Source of the DNA: Coprothermobacterota bacterium
Lineage (GTDB): Bacteria > Caldisericota > JANLFM01
DNA: 34,729 nucleotides
Direction of reading: 5' to 3'
Assembly (NCBI GenBank): GCA_026389425.1
Contig: JAPLHW010000149.1
Coordinates: 1-34,729, forward strand
Shown piece by piece: positions 34,227 to 34,729 of the stretch. Every line of letters starts with the position of its first letter. Within the stretch, counting starts at the first letter, position 1. The translations under genes were made by a program, and so were the position numbers. A model generated the notes under the pieces. It ran no database searches. It was not told the origin of the DNA and worked only from the letters and a program-made list of their open reading frames with translations.

Positions 34227-34411
34227 GATAGATCCCTTCCATCAGTTTTCTGATACGAATCAAAATCTTGCCTGGGTAGAGATTGGGTTTGTCGCACCAG
34301 GTTGCGAAGAGCAGAGGCACTTTCGGCCAGTTCCTGGAGGGAGAGGCTGGCCATTAACATAGGCGAGATGTTAATCATAGTTAATTGAATCCGTCAAGGG
34401 TCCTGGGTGGA

Positions 34412-34729
34412 TCAGGGAAGCCGGCGCAACTGGGGAACACCCAGCACAATGGCCAGCGCTACCAGCAATGCCATGCCGGCTCCAATGGCCACCGTCAACG
34501 GTTCGCCGATACGATCGGCTGCTGTCCCCGCCAAAAGACTGCCGATGGGTCCCATGCCAAAGAAGAGGAAGCTATAGATGCCCATCACCCGGCCTCTCAT
34601 CTGGTCAGCAGCCAGGGTTTGCACCAGGGCGTTGGCTAGGTTCATCACCAGGATTTGGGCTAACCCCACCAAGAGCAGGGCGAGGAGAGAGAGGGGGGTC
34701 CAGCGCATGAAAGTGAAGAGCAGGATCAT
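34412..34729 (-). CDS. MFS transporter C-terminal part (DHA3/MFS_3-like), truncated by the right edge
   Basis: NALVQ...DQMRGRVMGIY...GPIGSLLAG..ADRIG. Confidence 0.85.
   Translation of the reverse strand: MILLFTFMRWTPLSLLALLLVGLAQILVMNLANALVQTLAADQMRGRVMGIYSFLFFGMGPIGSLLAGTAADRIGEPLTVAIGAGMALLVALAIVLGVPQLRRLP

Overview
GC-rich bacterial window with no integrase, transposase, CRISPR array or rRNA. The left 21.3 kb is a catabolic island ending in an IclR regulator. It holds a truncated DHODH/PreA-like flavoenzyme, two paralogous BMP-family lipoproteins that closely resemble the riboflavin-binding protein RfuA, and an RfuBCD-type ABC ATPase with two permeases. It also holds a sugar-chain module (ketose epimerase, Zn-dehydrogenase, FGGY kinase, class I aldolase, plus a divergent Ldh_2 dehydrogenase and HpcH aldolase) and an N-heterocycle module (non-canonical carbamoyltransferase, three-subunit Mo hydroxylase, amidohydrolase). 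My leading hypothesis, an inference, is an oxygen-independent riboflavin/flavin catabolic pathway. The right part is mixed accessory and housekeeping content: lipid kinase, small Cys-rich protein, DOMON-cytochrome b561, secreted Kelch protein, MBL hydrolase, DUF2284-like protein, queG, mutM, an EndoQ-like PHP nuclease, tRNA-Ser(GGA), an interrupted DinB/ClbS-like gene and two MFS transporters. Three small intergenic repeat families are dispersed through the window. All family calls come from motif recognition and recalled sequences, not from database searches.
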